This document shows, in pieces, positions 51,302 through 61,399 of a stretch of DNA of 64,000 nucleotides; position 1 is the stretch's first letter; every line of letters begins with the position of its first letter. Below the pieces are notes generated by a model that was not told where the DNA came from, searched no databases, and saw nothing but the letters and a program-made list of their open reading frames with translations. The DNA is from Gammaproteobacteria bacterium. Lineage in GTDB: Bacteria > Pseudomonadota > Gammaproteobacteria > Eutrophobiales > Eutrophobiaceae. The position numbers and the translations under genes are program-made. Location of the stretch: NCBI GenBank assembly GCA_965222155.1, contig CBDCTH010000012.1, forward strand, positions 1,184,001 to 1,248,000. The letters are read 5' to 3'.

Positions 51302-52557
51302 TCCAGCTGCTTTACCCTCACCGACTTTACTGCGTTATCCGTCACCTGGGTAATCTCCAGCGTAAAATTGCCAAGCTTCAAGGTAGTGCCCGGCTCCGGC
51401 ATTGTCTCCAGCCGCTCAAGGATCAGGCCATTCAGGGTTTTCGGTCCGCTGGCCGGTAAATCCCAACCCAGTTGCCGGTTAATCTCCCGCAGAGTGGCCC
51501 CGCCGTCGATGATGAATGAAGCGTCATCCTGCTCGACGATATCAACGTTATAGGTCTGGATATCCGTCGTGAACTCGCCGACAATCTCTTCCAGGATATC
51601 CTCCAGCGTAACCAGTCCCTGGATAGTCCCGTATTCATCAACCACAAAGCCCAGACGCTTTTTTGTCCGTTGAAAATTCAGCAGTTGCGCGTTCAGGGAT
51701 GTGCTGAGGGGCACGAAGTGGGGCTCTTCGGCAATCTCATCCAGATCTTCCCGGGTAATTTCATGGGGATCTTTCAATAACCGTATGATACGCCGTACAT
51801 GGATCACACCGATAATCTCATCCAGGTTTTCCCGGTATAGCGGCACACGGGTATGCGAGTTCTGGCTGAGGTAATTCAGGTTCTCGGTCAAATCATCATC
51901 GATATCCACTCCCGTAATTTCGTTACGCGGCACCATGATGTCTTCTACCGTCACCTGCTCCAGATCGAGAATCCCGAGCAGCATTTCCAGATGCCTGGAG
52001 GGCAGCAGCTTACCCGCTTCCGAGAGCACTGTTTTCAATTCCTCCCGCGATAGACTGGTATGTTCTCCAGCTTCGATTTTGAAGCGTAGCAAGGCCAGGA
52101 ACTTATTGGCCAGCCAGTTGATTGTCCAGACGAAAGGATAAAAAATCACTGCCAGGAGCTTCAGGACGTATGATGCAGGAAACGCGAAACGTTCCGGATG
52201 AAACGCAGCCACTGTCTTGGGAGCGGTTTCCGCGAATACCAGAAAAATAATGGTGAGTATCACCGGCCCGATCGCGTAACCGATATTCCCCATTAACCTG
52301 ACCGCAATGACCACACCCAGAGAAGCGGCGTAAAAGTTGACGATATTGTTGCCGAACAGTATCAAGCCAAGCAGGCGGTCAGGACGTTTCAGCAGGTCGG
52401 AAGTGCGGATTGCGCCATTGTGTCCGTCATTGGCGAGATGGCGCAGGCGATAACGATTGACCGCCATCATGCTGGTTTCGGAACCGGCAAAAAATGCAGA
52501 TACGCCGATCATCAGTATAAGAAAACCGGATAACAGGTAAATGGACACGTCATCCAT
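51298..52557 (-). CDS. HlyC/CorC (CNNM) family transporter, YfjD-like
   Basis: SAFFAGSETSMM, CBS pair VEDIMVPR...VVDEYG...LEDILEEIVGEF, CorC tail. Confidence 0.9.
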   Translation of the reverse strand: MDDVSIYLLSGFLILMIGVSAFFAGSETSMMAVNRYRLRHLANDGHNGAIRTSDLLKRPDRLLGLILFGNNIVNFYAASLGVVIAVRLMGNIGYAIGPVILTIIFLVFAETAPKTVAAFHPERFAFPASYVLKLLAVIFYPFVWTINWLANKFLALLRFKIEAGEHTSLSREELKTVLSEAGKLLPSRHLEMLLGILDLEQVTVEDIMVPRNEITGVDIDDDLTENLNYLSQNSHTRVPLYRENLDEIIGVIHVRRIIRLLKDPHEITREDLDEIAEEPHFVPLSTSLNAQLLNFQRTKKRLGFVVDEYGTIQGLVTLEDILEEIVGEFTTDIQTYNVDIVEQDDASFIIDGGATLREINRQLGWDLPASGPKTLNGLILERLETMPEPGTTLKLGNFTLEITQVTDNAVKSVRVKQLD

Positions 52558-52682
52558 AGATATTGCCTCAGTTTGAAGTTGATGGATATTGTCTACTTAA
52601 TTAATGGCAGGACAAAAGTGAGAATTCTTCGAGTGTATCATCTCAGTCATGCACGCGTAAGCGGGAATTCAATGATACAGCA

Positions 52683-52828
52683 GTTCCCGCTAACTCCCGG
52701 GATCGAGGGCATCCTGCCCTCGTGGAGGGCGAGACGCCCTCCTTCCCAGGGAAAAATGCCCCCTTATCTCCTGGGGGACAGATTTAAATCTGTCCCCTGT
52801 GCCTTGTTGACTTCGATTTAGCAGGAGC
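52683..52828. repeat. MITE-like element family B, copy 3
   Basis: Same ends and palindromes as 2309-2472. Confidence 0.85.
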
Positions 52829-52860
52829 ACCTGTCAATGATAAATGTCTGTTATGATCCG

Positions 52861-53676
52861 TTAAACCCGGTGCAGAATGAGTTCCAGAACAAGTTTTGAG
52901 CCGAAATACGCCAACACCAGGGTGAGGAAGCCCCCGAGGGTCCAGTAAATCAGCGTTTTACCGCGCCAGCCCCGGGACCATCTTCCCCAAAGCACAACGG
53001 CAAAGATGAACCAGGCCAGTATGGATAAAACGACTTTATGGGATAGATGTTGGCCCAGCATGTCGTACATGAACATCAGTCCCGTAGCCAGACTGAGACT
53101 CAACAGAAAAAAGCCCATCGTCAGGACTTGAACCAGCAGTTCTTCCATGGTTTGCATGGGAGGCAGGATATTTATCACTGTTACGGGCTGTTTTTTTCGT
53201 AGCTGCGCTTCCTGAAACGCAAGCACTAACGCTTGCACCGCCCCGATAGCCAGCAGTCCATAGGCAGTCACCGATAGCAGGATGTGTATTTTCAGTCCGG
53301 CAGCGATGCCGCCAGGTATAATGCTTGTGCTGGGCAGTGCAATTTCCAGCAGCAGCGCAAGTGCGGCAACGGGGAAAAAGATAACAACCAGGTTACCCAT
53401 GGCTCTGAATAACCCGGTCAGGACGGCAAGGCATGCAATCACCCAGCTTATGAGCGAAAAGGCATGGTAAAAGCCCAGGTTGAACCCTGCCTGGACCAGG
53501 ATTTCCCGGTAAAGTACCAGGCCGTGGCCCGACAGGGCCAGACCCGCAAGAGCGGCAATTGTGTGGTTAAATGCTTCCGTTGTCAGGCGCCGATGAAATA
53601 TTCTGCGCCCCAGCCAGCCTGAGGTCAGCAAATAAAGTAATATTACGGCGATGCTGATAATGGTATTGGTTTCCAT
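52861..53676 (-). CDS. Cytochrome c assembly family inner membrane protein (YpjD/CcsA-like)
   Basis: HILLSVTAYG, LPPMQTME, HKVVLSILAW, GWRG, LAYFGSKLVLE; divergent from ffh. Confidence 0.9.
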   Translation of the reverse strand: METNTIISIAVILLYLLTSGWLGRRIFHRRLTTEAFNHTIAALAGLALSGHGLVLYREILVQAGFNLGFYHAFSLISWVIACLAVLTGLFRAMGNLVVIFFPVAALALLLEIALPSTSIIPGGIAAGLKIHILLSVTAYGLLAIGAVQALVLAFQEAQLRKKQPVTVINILPPMQTMEELLVQVLTMGFFLLSLSLATGLMFMYDMLGQHLSHKVVLSILAWFIFAVVLWGRWSRGWRGKTLIYWTLGGFLTLVLAYFGSKLVLELILHRV

Positions 53677-53729
53677 ATAATATCCGGCTGCGGATGAGGC
53701 ATCTAAATCTACCATAAATAGAGGGCATC

Positions 53730-55088
53730 ATGTTTGAAAATTTAAGCGGACGGTTCAGTCGCATAGTTCAGCAGTTGCGAGGTCATGCGCGCCTCACGGA
53801 AGATAATGTCGCGGCGACCATGCGGGACGTGCGCATGGCCTTGCTGGAGGCAGATGTAGCCTTGCCGGTTGTCAGGGCGTTTATCGAGCGGATTGAAAAC
53901 AAGGCATTGGGCAGGGAAGTATCAACCAGTCTCACCCCGGGACAGGCGGTTGTCAAAATTGTACAGGATGAACTTGTTCACCTGATGGGAGAGCAGCAAT
54001 CATCATTGAATTTAAGCGTTCCACCTCCGGCGGTCATTCTGATGGCGGGATTACAGGGCGCCGGCAAGACCACCAGCGTTGCAAAGCTGGGTAAATGGTG
54101 CAGGGACAAACACGATAAATCCGTAGTGGTGACCAGTTGCGATGTCTATCGGCCGGCGGCCCTGGAACAGTTGCGGGTGCTGGCGGAGGAAAACCAGCTC
54201 GAATATTTCCCGGCCGATGAGCAGCAAAAGCCCGTAGATATTGCCGCGGCAGCACTGAAACACACCCGCTCCCGGTTTGCCGACGTGCTGATTGTCGATA
54301 CTGCCGGCAGGTTGCACATAGACGAGGAAATGATGCTGGAGATTCAACGCATTCATGGCGTGCTCAACCCGTCTGATACCCTGTTTCTGGTGGACAGCAT
54401 GATGGGCCAGGATGCCGTTAACGCAGCCCAGGCTTTTAACGATGCCCTGGACCTGACCGGTGTCATATTGACGAAAGCGGATGGGGATGCCCGGGGCGGG
54501 GCGGCGCTGTCGGTTCGACATGTCACCGGTAAGCCTATCCTGTTCCTGGGTACCGGTGAGAAAACCTCGGAGTTATCCCTGTTTCACTCCGACAGGATTG
54601 CCTCGCGGATACTGGGCATGGGTGACATGTTGAGCCTGATTGAGGAAGTGGAGCAAAAAACGGATCAGGAAAAGGCAAAAAAGATAGCCAGGAAGCTGAA
54701 AAAGGGAAAGGGATTTGACCTGAATGATTTTCGCGACCAGGTACGGCAGATGCAAAGCATGGGAGGACTGAGTAGTCTGATGGACAAGATGCCGGGAATG
54801 CAGCAGATGCCCGCGGGTATTGCAGGCCAGGAGCGGGAACTGGTCAAAATAGAGGCGATCATAAATTCCATGACGCCTGGTGAACGGCGCTTCCCTGCCG
54901 TCATCAACGGCTCCAGGAAAAAACGCATTGCCTCCGGCTCGGGGACTCAGATACAGGATATCAATCGCTTGTTGAAGCAGTTCGACCGTATGCTGAAGAT
55001 GATGAAAAAACTGACCAGGAAAGGCAGCATGGAGAATATGGTGCGCGCAATGGGCGGTAACATGCAGCAGCGTGGTTTCCGCCGTTAA
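53730..55088 (+). CDS. ffh: Signal recognition particle protein
   Basis: ALLEADV, GLQGAGKTT, DTAGR, TKADGDARGGAALS, Met-rich M domain. Confidence 0.97.
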   Translation: MFENLSGRFSRIVQQLRGHARLTEDNVAATMRDVRMALLEADVALPVVRAFIERIENKALGREVSTSLTPGQAVVKIVQDELVHLMGEQQSSLNLSVPPPAVILMAGLQGAGKTTSVAKLGKWCRDKHDKSVVVTSCDVYRPAALEQLRVLAEENQLEYFPADEQQKPVDIAAAALKHTRSRFADVLIVDTAGRLHIDEEMMLEIQRIHGVLNPSDTLFLVDSMMGQDAVNAAQAFNDALDLTGVILTKADGDARGGAALSVRHVTGKPILFLGTGEKTSELSLFHSDRIASRILGMGDMLSLIEEVEQKTDQEKAKKIARKLKKGKGFDLNDFRDQVRQMQSMGGLSSLMDKMPGMQQMPAGIAGQERELVKIEAIINSMTPGERRFPAVINGSRKKRIASGSGTQIQDINRLLKQFDRMLKMMKKLTRKGSMENMVRAMGGNMQQRGFRR

Positions 55089-55098
55089 GCTTAGTTAC

Positions 55099-55123
55099 CA
55101 TTCCGGCGAAGGCCGGAATCCAG
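55099..55123. repeat. Family A REP-like palindrome
   Basis: CATTCCGGCGAAGGCCGGAATCCAG between convergent ffh and dsbB. Confidence 0.8.
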
Positions 55124-55146
55124 ATGTACAATCATCCGTCATCAGA

Positions 55147-55644
55147 CTATCTGACATGCTCAGGTTTTAACAGGAGATACAACAACAGGACTGAAAACGC
55201 GCCAAACCAGAACAGGCTCCACTCTGCGATACTCAGGGACAGGAAAGTCCATACTGTTTCGGCACACTCCCCGGAGCCTGTAAAAATCAGTTTAAGCGCA
55301 TCGAAAATCGGAAATGCCTGCAGGATGAAATCCAGTCCCGGCCCGCATTCAGGCACCCGTTCCGGCGGCAGGTGTTGCAACCATACCTGCCTGCCTGCAA
55401 TGGCGGCGCCTGCCAGCGCGCAAATCAGCGCCAGTGCATTGTAAATACGGGTTGCCGAACCATGAATAAAACACGCGAGGCAGACGAGACCGACTCCCAG
55501 GTAAGCAACCCGTTGCAAAATACACAGCGGGCAGGGGTCCAGATCCTGGACGAATTGCAGGTAGTAGCCGAACCCAAGCAGCGACAGGCAAGCCAGGGCA
55601 ATAAATAAATGAATGAGGCGTCCGGAATGTAACGGTGAGTTCAT
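55147..55644 (-). CDS. dsbB: Disulfide bond formation protein B
   Basis: PCPLCILQR, RQVWLQ, CGP, GSGECA. Confidence 0.93.
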   Translation of the reverse strand: MNSPLHSGRLIHLFIALACLSLLGFGYYLQFVQDLDPCPLCILQRVAYLGVGLVCLACFIHGSATRIYNALALICALAGAAIAGRQVWLQHLPPERVPECGPGLDFILQAFPIFDALKLIFTGSGECAETVWTFLSLSIAEWSLFWFGAFSVLLLYLLLKPEHVR

Positions 55645-55650
55645 AATTTA

Positions 55651-55750
55651 GGGAACCTCTATTTATTCACAAATTGATATATTAGCGGTCAATGATTTCA
55701 ATAAGTTAGCGACCCTGTGTATCGAAAAATGTCTATTATTAGAGGTTCCC
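55651..55750. mobile_element. 100-bp MITE with GGGAACCTCTA terminal inverted repeats (IS5-like ends)
   Basis: GGGAACCTCTA...TAGAGGTTCCC in a TTA/TTTA context, 6 nt upstream of dsbB ATG. Confidence 0.65.
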
Positions 55751-55777
55751 TTTAATCGTTCTTCGTGTCTCAGTCGC

Positions 55778-55802
55778 CATTCCGGCGCAGGCCGGAATCC
55801 AG
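55778..55802. repeat. Family A REP-like palindrome abutting the yheT stop
   Basis: CATTCCGGCGCAGGCCGGAATCCAG. Confidence 0.8.
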
Positions 55803-56774
55803 TCAAAAACATCCGCCTAAAAATTCAACTATCCGCTGTTCCAACCAATACACAGGATACCCCGGCGCCTTGCCGCTGACAAATCCGATGTGCCCGCCGG
55901 TCTGCGCAAGCTCCAGTTGCACATATTCGGACAACTCATCTTCAGCAGGGATGACGTCCTCGGTCATGAGGGGGTCGTCCCGGGCATGGACTAACAAGAC
56001 AGGTACGTTGATGCTGCGTAAATACTGACGCGAGCTGCTGCGCATGTAGTAGTCCTCCACCCCGGCAAAGCCATGCAGCGGAGCCGTTATCTTATCGTCG
56101 AAGCTGAAAAAATCATTCAGCTTAGGAACTTCGCCGATGTCCAGGGGGCAGTCCCTAGCGCTGAATTTATCGATGATTTTACGTTTCAACAAGCGGAGCA
56201 GCCGGCGCTGGTATAGCCTGGAAAACCCTTTATTGAGCCGTCCTGCCCCTTCGGCCAGGGCGTAGGGCACGGAAACAGCGGCCGCTGCATGGACCTGTCC
56301 CTTGCGGTCTGCTTCTCCCAGGTACTTCAACAGCGCATTGCCGCCCAGCGAATAGCCCACAGCCGCTATGGGAACGCCGGGAAACCGCTCATGCAAATGG
56401 TCGATCAGGAACTCGATATCACCGGTCTCTCCGGAATGGTAACTGCGCGCCAAACGGTTATGTTCCCCGCTGCAACCGCGAAAATGCATGAATACCCCGA
56501 GCCAACCCTGTTTTTCAATGCCCGCTAGGAGCGGCTTGACGTAATGGGAGTCTACGCATCCTTCAAGTCCGTGAAATACCGCGACGATCTGGCTTCCTGC
56601 ATTCGCTGTCAGACACAGGTCAACGAAGTCCCCGTCGGGTAACTCAAGCCGCTCACGGGTCAAGTCCACCTCCGCCCTGCGCCGAAAATAATACGGCCAC
56701 AGGGTCTGTAAATTAGCGCCCGGCAACCACCATGCAGGCTCAAACCCGCTCGTTACGATCTTTCCGTGTTTCAT
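55803..56774 (-). CDS. yheT: YheT-family alpha/beta hydrolase
   Basis: RERLELPDGDFVDL, FHGLEG, GYSLGG nucleophile, ARDDP, GGHIGF. Confidence 0.88.
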   Translation of the reverse strand: MKHGKIVTSGFEPAWWLPGANLQTLWPYYFRRRAEVDLTRERLELPDGDFVDLCLTANAGSQIVAVFHGLEGCVDSHYVKPLLAGIEKQGWLGVFMHFRGCSGEHNRLARSYHSGETGDIEFLIDHLHERFPGVPIAAVGYSLGGNALLKYLGEADRKGQVHAAAAVSVPYALAEGAGRLNKGFSRLYQRRLLRLLKRKIIDKFSARDCPLDIGEVPKLNDFFSFDDKITAPLHGFAGVEDYYMRSSSRQYLRSINVPVLLVHARDDPLMTEDVIPAEDELSEYVQLELAQTGGHIGFVSGKAPGYPVYWLEQRIVEFLGGCF

Positions 56775-57073
56775 AAGCAGTCATTATATGATGCTAAATT
56801 GAGAGTTGTGCTTGAAAAAAACCGATGTCGAATTTTTTGTCAGGCTCAGGGGAGCCAGCGGAGCTAGGGTCGGACCTCTGTAATTTCAATCGGGCCTTTT
56901 GGTTTAAGCATAGATATTATTTGTCACCGGGCCTCTTATTTTATTTGACGTATATATCGATATTCGATGCAAACCCATAAAAAAATCGCACCCCTTAAAA
57001 AGGCCGGATAGTAGAAGCCATGGGTCGGACCTCTTATGCTGCCCCTTAAGTATTATTTCCCCGGAATTACCCT

Positions 57074-57101
57074 TTGCGTTATACGGGATTTTGTATAAAA
57101 T
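57074..57101 (+). promoter_or_regulatory. Sigma70 promoter TTGCGT-N16-TAAAAT with overlapping TTATAC-N8-GTATAA operator; probably leaderless transcript
   Basis: Motifs read directly; ATG lies 6 nt after the -10 box and there is no RBS. Confidence 0.55.
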
Positions 57102-57107
57102 AACCGA

Positions 57108-57431
57108 ATGAAACTATTGAAGTTCGCAGGAAGCGCGCTTGCTGATATTCGGGATTTCCCGTTGGAAGCCAGGCGGGAAGCAGGTTACCAGCTCAGCCAA
57201 GTACAGTTCGGGTTTGAACCGTCTGATTGGAAACCGATGAGCAGTATAAGTCCCGGCGTTCGTGAAATACGTATTCATAAGAAAGGAGAATTTCGTGTGA
57301 TATATATCAGTAGGTTTGATGAAGCCATATATGTATTACAGGCGTTTCAGGAGAAAACCAGGAAAATATCGAAAAAAGACAGGGAATTGATCAAGGCTCG
57401 TTTAAAAATGATTTCGGAGGTACGCTTATGA
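57108..57431 (+). CDS. higB: RelE/HigB-like toxin (Gp49/DUF891 type)
   Basis: EAGYQLSQVQ.G.EPSDWKPM...GVREIRI...FRVIY...YVLQAFQEKT. Confidence 0.85.
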   Translation: MKLLKFAGSALADIRDFPLEARREAGYQLSQVQFGFEPSDWKPMSSISPGVREIRIHKKGEFRVIYISRFDEAIYVLQAFQEKTRKISKKDRELIKARLKMISEVRL

Positions 57432-57727
57432 GCAAGAAAGACAGACAAATTATTGACTCCTCAGGCAATGTCTTTGCTGATTTAGGCTTTGAACGATACG
57501 AAGCCGAAAACCTGCTGGTGCGCTCCAGGCTAATGGCGGCGATAAAAGCCTATATCGAGTCTGAAGGCATCACTCAAAGCGAGGCGGCTGAACGCTTCGG
57601 CGTTGCCCAACCCCGCATCAGTGAAATTTACCAGGGTAAAATCGAATTATTTTCTGCGGACAAGCTGATAAATATGTTGGCCCGGGTAGGGCGGCATGTA
57701 GAAATTTCCGTCCATAAGGCCGCCTGA
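57428..57727 (+). CDS. higA: XRE HTH antitoxin (HigA-like)
   Basis: SSGNVFADLG, TQSEAAERFGVAQPRISEI, FSADKL. Confidence 0.88.
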   Translation: MSKKDRQIIDSSGNVFADLGFERYEAENLLVRSRLMAAIKAYIESEGITQSEAAERFGVAQPRISEIYQGKIELFSADKLINMLARVGRHVEISVHKAA

Positions 57728-58096
57728 TCTCATCAGGCATTTCCAAAGCAATGGTGTATCCTAGCGAATTCCGAAACATTAATGGAACAAACGTGACCTC
57801 TACTCGATAAATGGAAAAATTCAACCGACTGAAAGAAATCCTGCGGACGATGTTCCAGCTCGACCGGGGCGACCTGGACTTCGGCCTGTACCGGATCATG
57901 AATCTAAAGGCAGGGGAAATAGAGGAATTTCTCGAAAAAGATTTATTGCCACAGGTGCAGACCGCTTTGGCAGGAAACGTTGCCGACAGGCAGGCCGGAT
58001 TAGAAAAAGAACTGGCTGAGAAAAAGGGCGTCAAGCGCGTGGCCGTGCAGGACTTTGGCGACAACAACCTGGTCCTGGTGGATGAAGGGCACCTAG

Positions 58097-59864
58097 CCCG
58101 CATATCTCACAAACTTTACCAAACAGCGACAAACAGGCTGTCTGTCGTTGATTCACTCACTGCATAGGGTCGATAGAGCAGGCAAACAAGCAAATCGGTG
58201 ACGCGTACGGCCTGTTTATCACGACCCTCCGGTGACAGACCGGCGTTTGCCCTGCCCAGGCGGGTGTGATGCGGTCAGCCGGCCAAGGGAGACCGTTCAC
58301 GGCGGGGCCGCCGCGCGGGTCAGGGGATGAGTGAGGTCCCGCGGGTTAACCGGGTGGGTCGGGCACGGGGCCGTCTCGCAGTTGTTGGCGCACGGTGGCG
58401 AACCTGGCCTGGTGCGGATAGCCGGAGGCGAAGGCCAGCCAGACCCGGCGGGCGCTGATGCGCACCACGGCGGCCAGTTTGAGGATACGGGTGCGGAGCG
58501 TGCCGCATTGCGCCTTGGCCCAACGGGTGCCGGCCAGTCCCAGGCGGCGCAGGCCGTGCAGCAGCAGGCAGGCAAAGGCAGACAGCTACAGGCGCAACTG
58601 GTTGGCGCGCAGGGTGGCCGTGCTGGTACGGTCGGCAAACAGGCCCGGTTGCTGCGCCTTGATGCGATTTTCCAGCTCCCCGCGCATGCAGTATAACTGC
58701 TCGTACAACACCTGGGCGCCGGCGGTTTTGTTATCCAGGTTGGTGACCACAAAACGCGGGTTGGCGCCGTTGGCCAGATGCGCTGCTTTTGCTAGCACCC
58801 GGCGCGTGCGCGACCAACTCTGCAAGGTACGATACCGTAATTCCCGGAAGCGCCGCGCGGCCCGGCCCGTCTGCAGGTAACGCCGGTGCGACTTGCGCAA
58901 GGCCTTGGCAATCTGCTTCTCCAACCGGCCATTGCGCGCCAACCCGAGCAGGTAATCCACATCATTGGCTTCGCACCAGGCCATCAGTTCCTCCCGGCAA
59001 AACCCCGAATCCCCGCGTACCCTGACCTGCACCTCGGGCCAACGCTGCCTTATCTGTCCGATAATCCGGGCCAACTCGTCCACACGGCCTGCCGCCGCAT
59101 CCTCATTGGCCGGGCGCAACCGGGCGCACAACAGGTGCTCCTCACAGAAGATGTACAACGGCAGATAACAATAGGACTTGTAGTAGCCGTGAAAGAAACG
59201 CCCCGCCTGCTCACCGTGCAGCGGGTCGTCCGTCGCAGCGAGGTCCAGCCACAACACCGACGGCGCACGCCGGTACGAGGCCGGAAAGGTCTCCACCAGC
59301 ACGCGGGCCAACCCCGCAGGGTCTGCCACTATCTTCTGGTAACGGTGCTGCGCCGCCTGCTCAGGCACCCCCAACTCCAGCCGGTTCAACGTGCTCGACC
59401 CCGCCAACGGATGCCCCCGGTCACGGGCCCGGCGACGGCTATCCCCCGTCAGGTCCGCCTTGCCCACCAGTAACGCCAGCAGACTGTCACTGCGCAAGGC
59501 ATCCTGGTCATTGAGGTCTTCATACCCCAAGGCCAGCCCATAGATGCGTTGCGCCAACAACGCCTGTACCGGGTGCTCCACCTTCCCCGCCTGACGATAA
59601 TCCGTAAAACACCCCGCCAGCCGGGGCAGCACATTCAAACGCTGCTCCAGCTCACGCAGCAGCAGCCCGCCGGCGTCCGAGGTGCGCCGGCCACCGTCAA
59701 ATCGCCCGGTGACATGGCGCCGACCAAAGGATTGAAATTCAAGTTGGGTTGAAGTACACTGTGTAGCCATGGGGTCTCCTCTCAAGTTTAATGTAAAATA
59801 TTGATAACTCTCACATTATACGCGAAGTTGAGACCCTTTTACAATGGTTTGTGAGATATGCGGG
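58097..59864 (-). mobile_element. IS1380-family insertion sequence, 1768 bp
   Basis: Perfect 18-bp TIR CCCGCATATCTCACAAAC; CTAG duplicated at 58093-58096 and 59865-59868. Confidence 0.95.
58346..59770 (-). pseudogene. IS1380 transposase with in-frame TAG at 58586-58588
   Basis: FDGG..TSDAG, GYEDLND, TDDPLHGEQ, VRGDSGFCRE, ENRIK, RANQLRL*LSAFA... continues in frame to TAA at 58346. Confidence 0.88.
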
Positions 59865-60226
59865 CTAGGCGCGTCCGGCAAGGTATGGCGCGAGCGGCGC
59901 AAGGAATTATCCAGTGGTGGTTTTACCTTTGAATATTCCGCTACCTTAAAAGATACAACTACACCACGTTATTCATGAAACTGAAAAACGGGTTCGCAAA
60001 ACTGACCCTGACCTGCGTCTGAGTGCCTATATACTGTCCGTAACAGCCGTCCAACAGATTGATGGAGGTGTTCGCCATCCAAACGAGTGGAAAGAGGATG
60101 GTGTTTATTTCCTGAACGATCCTGATTGTCTGAAACAAGTTATCACGCACGTATTAGAACGAGAAACTCTACCACACTAAGTTTACGTCCTGGTAGCCTG
60201 TCGGCCTGGGGTGACACGATAATCGA

Positions 60227-60252
60227 CTGGATGCCGGGTCAAGCCCGGCATG
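60227..60252. repeat. Family A REP-like palindrome (GGGTCAAGCCC variant)
   Basis: CTGGATGCCGGGTCAAGCCCGGCATG. Confidence 0.75.
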
Positions 60253-60278
60253 GCGCTCTGGATGGTGACGAGTGAAAT

Positions 60279-61025
60279 TCACGGCCTGAAATCGCAATGC
60301 ACCTGGAACGGGCAGTCAGGGGCGTCTTCAGCGACCACGCGTCCGGACTCAATATACGGTCGTTCCAGGACGATTAACAACTCCTGGCCTGTATCCGTAG
60401 CAGCCGAATTCACCACTGTGCCGATGTTTCTTTCTTCTCCATCCGGCATCAGCGCGGTACCGGGTTCCAGGAGGGTTTTGTTTTCCGTCGTTGCATGGCA
60501 CAGGCGTCGCTTGACTTTGCCGCGGTAGCGCAGGCGCGCGATGATCTCCTGGCCCGGGTAACAACCCTTGGTGAATGACACGGCGTCCAATTCGTCCAGA
60601 TTCAGTTCCTGGGGCAGGAAGCGTCCACTGGTTTCCGGGCGGAGCCAGGGAATGCCTTGTCTGATGGATGTTGTTTCCAAGGAGTCAGCGTCTATTCCGG
60701 ATGGATAAGTTGGTAATTCCGGAATTTTTTCTGTCTCTATCCCCGTATCAACGATATTTACGTCAGCGCGCAATACGTACATTTTCAGACGCTTGCTAAA
60801 TGCCTCTTTTAGTGCGCCCGGCAGCAGCAACCAGAAAGTCTCATCCGAGCGGGCCAGGATGAAGGTGGCGATCACCCTGCCTTTGGGGTCGCACCAGGCG
60901 CTGAGGCCGGCCTGGCCGGGAACGAGTCCGGTAACATCAGTTGTGAATTGTCCGTGGAGAAAGCCGGAGGCGTCAGCGCCGTCAATCTTGATTGGGGTGA
61001 GGAAGTTAATCGAGCCGGGGCTCAT
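60279..61025 (-). CDS. ygfZ: Folate-binding Fe-S repair protein YgfZ (short form)
   Basis: FLHGQFTTDV, DPKGRV, VSFTKGCYPGQEIIAR. Confidence 0.9.
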   Translation of the reverse strand: MSPGSINFLTPIKIDGADASGFLHGQFTTDVTGLVPGQAGLSAWCDPKGRVIATFILARSDETFWLLLPGALKEAFSKRLKMYVLRADVNIVDTGIETEKIPELPTYPSGIDADSLETTSIRQGIPWLRPETSGRFLPQELNLDELDAVSFTKGCYPGQEIIARLRYRGKVKRRLCHATTENKTLLEPGTALMPDGEERNIGTVVNSAATDTGQELLIVLERPYIESGRVVAEDAPDCPFQVHCDFRP

Positions 61026-61399
61026 TGGGTTGCTTCGTGCTCGTTAACATCCGTGTCTCTGGATACCGGACAATCCCCCGGCTTACCGTATGCCGGGGCA
61101 GGCCTGTCCGGTACGACGCTGCTTGCGTCTTTCCCGTATAAGGGATGTTGGTGAGGTATGGCGTTGATTTTTCCTATGAGGGGCAGATAATCGGGGTTGG
61201 CCGGCTGCGCCTGACCGGTGATCCAGGCATACAGATCGGGATCGGCCTCATCCAGCAGGGAGCCGAACAGGGATTGTTCCCTGGAATTCAAGTGGGGATA
61301 ATCCCGTTCCAGAAAACGCAGCAACAGCAAATCCATTTCCCGGGTGCCGCGCCGGCAGCGCCAGCGTAACCGTGCGGTGGAATTAATGGCTGTTCCCAT
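61022..61399 (-). CDS. sdhE: Succinate dehydrogenase assembly factor SdhE with repeat-derived C-terminal extension
   Basis: LRWRCRRGTREMDLLL, LLDEADPDLYAW. Confidence 0.92.
   Translation of the reverse strand: MGTAINSTARLRWRCRRGTREMDLLLLRFLERDYPHLNSREQSLFGSLLDEADPDLYAWITGQAQPANPDYLPLIGKINAIPHQHPLYGKDASSVVPDRPAPAYGKPGDCPVSRDTDVNEHEATQ

Larger units (their letters stand above)
57811..60180 (+). pseudogene. Collapsed type III restriction-modification locus (mod 5' end fused to res fragments), interrupted by IS1380
   Basis: Mod N-terminus MFQLDRGDLDFGLYRIMN, then Res ...NNLVLVDEGH; after the IS, GASGKVWRERRKELSSGGFTFEYSAT and a probable Res C-terminus ...LRLSAYILSVT...* at 60180. Confidence 0.75.

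Noticed and set aside
55089-55146. Absence of rpsP-rimM-trmD-rplS after ffh
   Set aside because: Ordinary synteny break; that operon can be transcribed independently
56866-57036. Two direct copies of GGGTCGGACCTCT upstream of higBA as a possible att site
   Set aside because: Only 13 bp, no integrase, and no matching copy seen at the other side of the island
58586-58588. Pyrrolysine or stop-codon recoding in the transposase
   Set aside because: TAG is used as a normal stop elsewhere (e.g. amidase, dsbB); a single nonsense mutation is simpler
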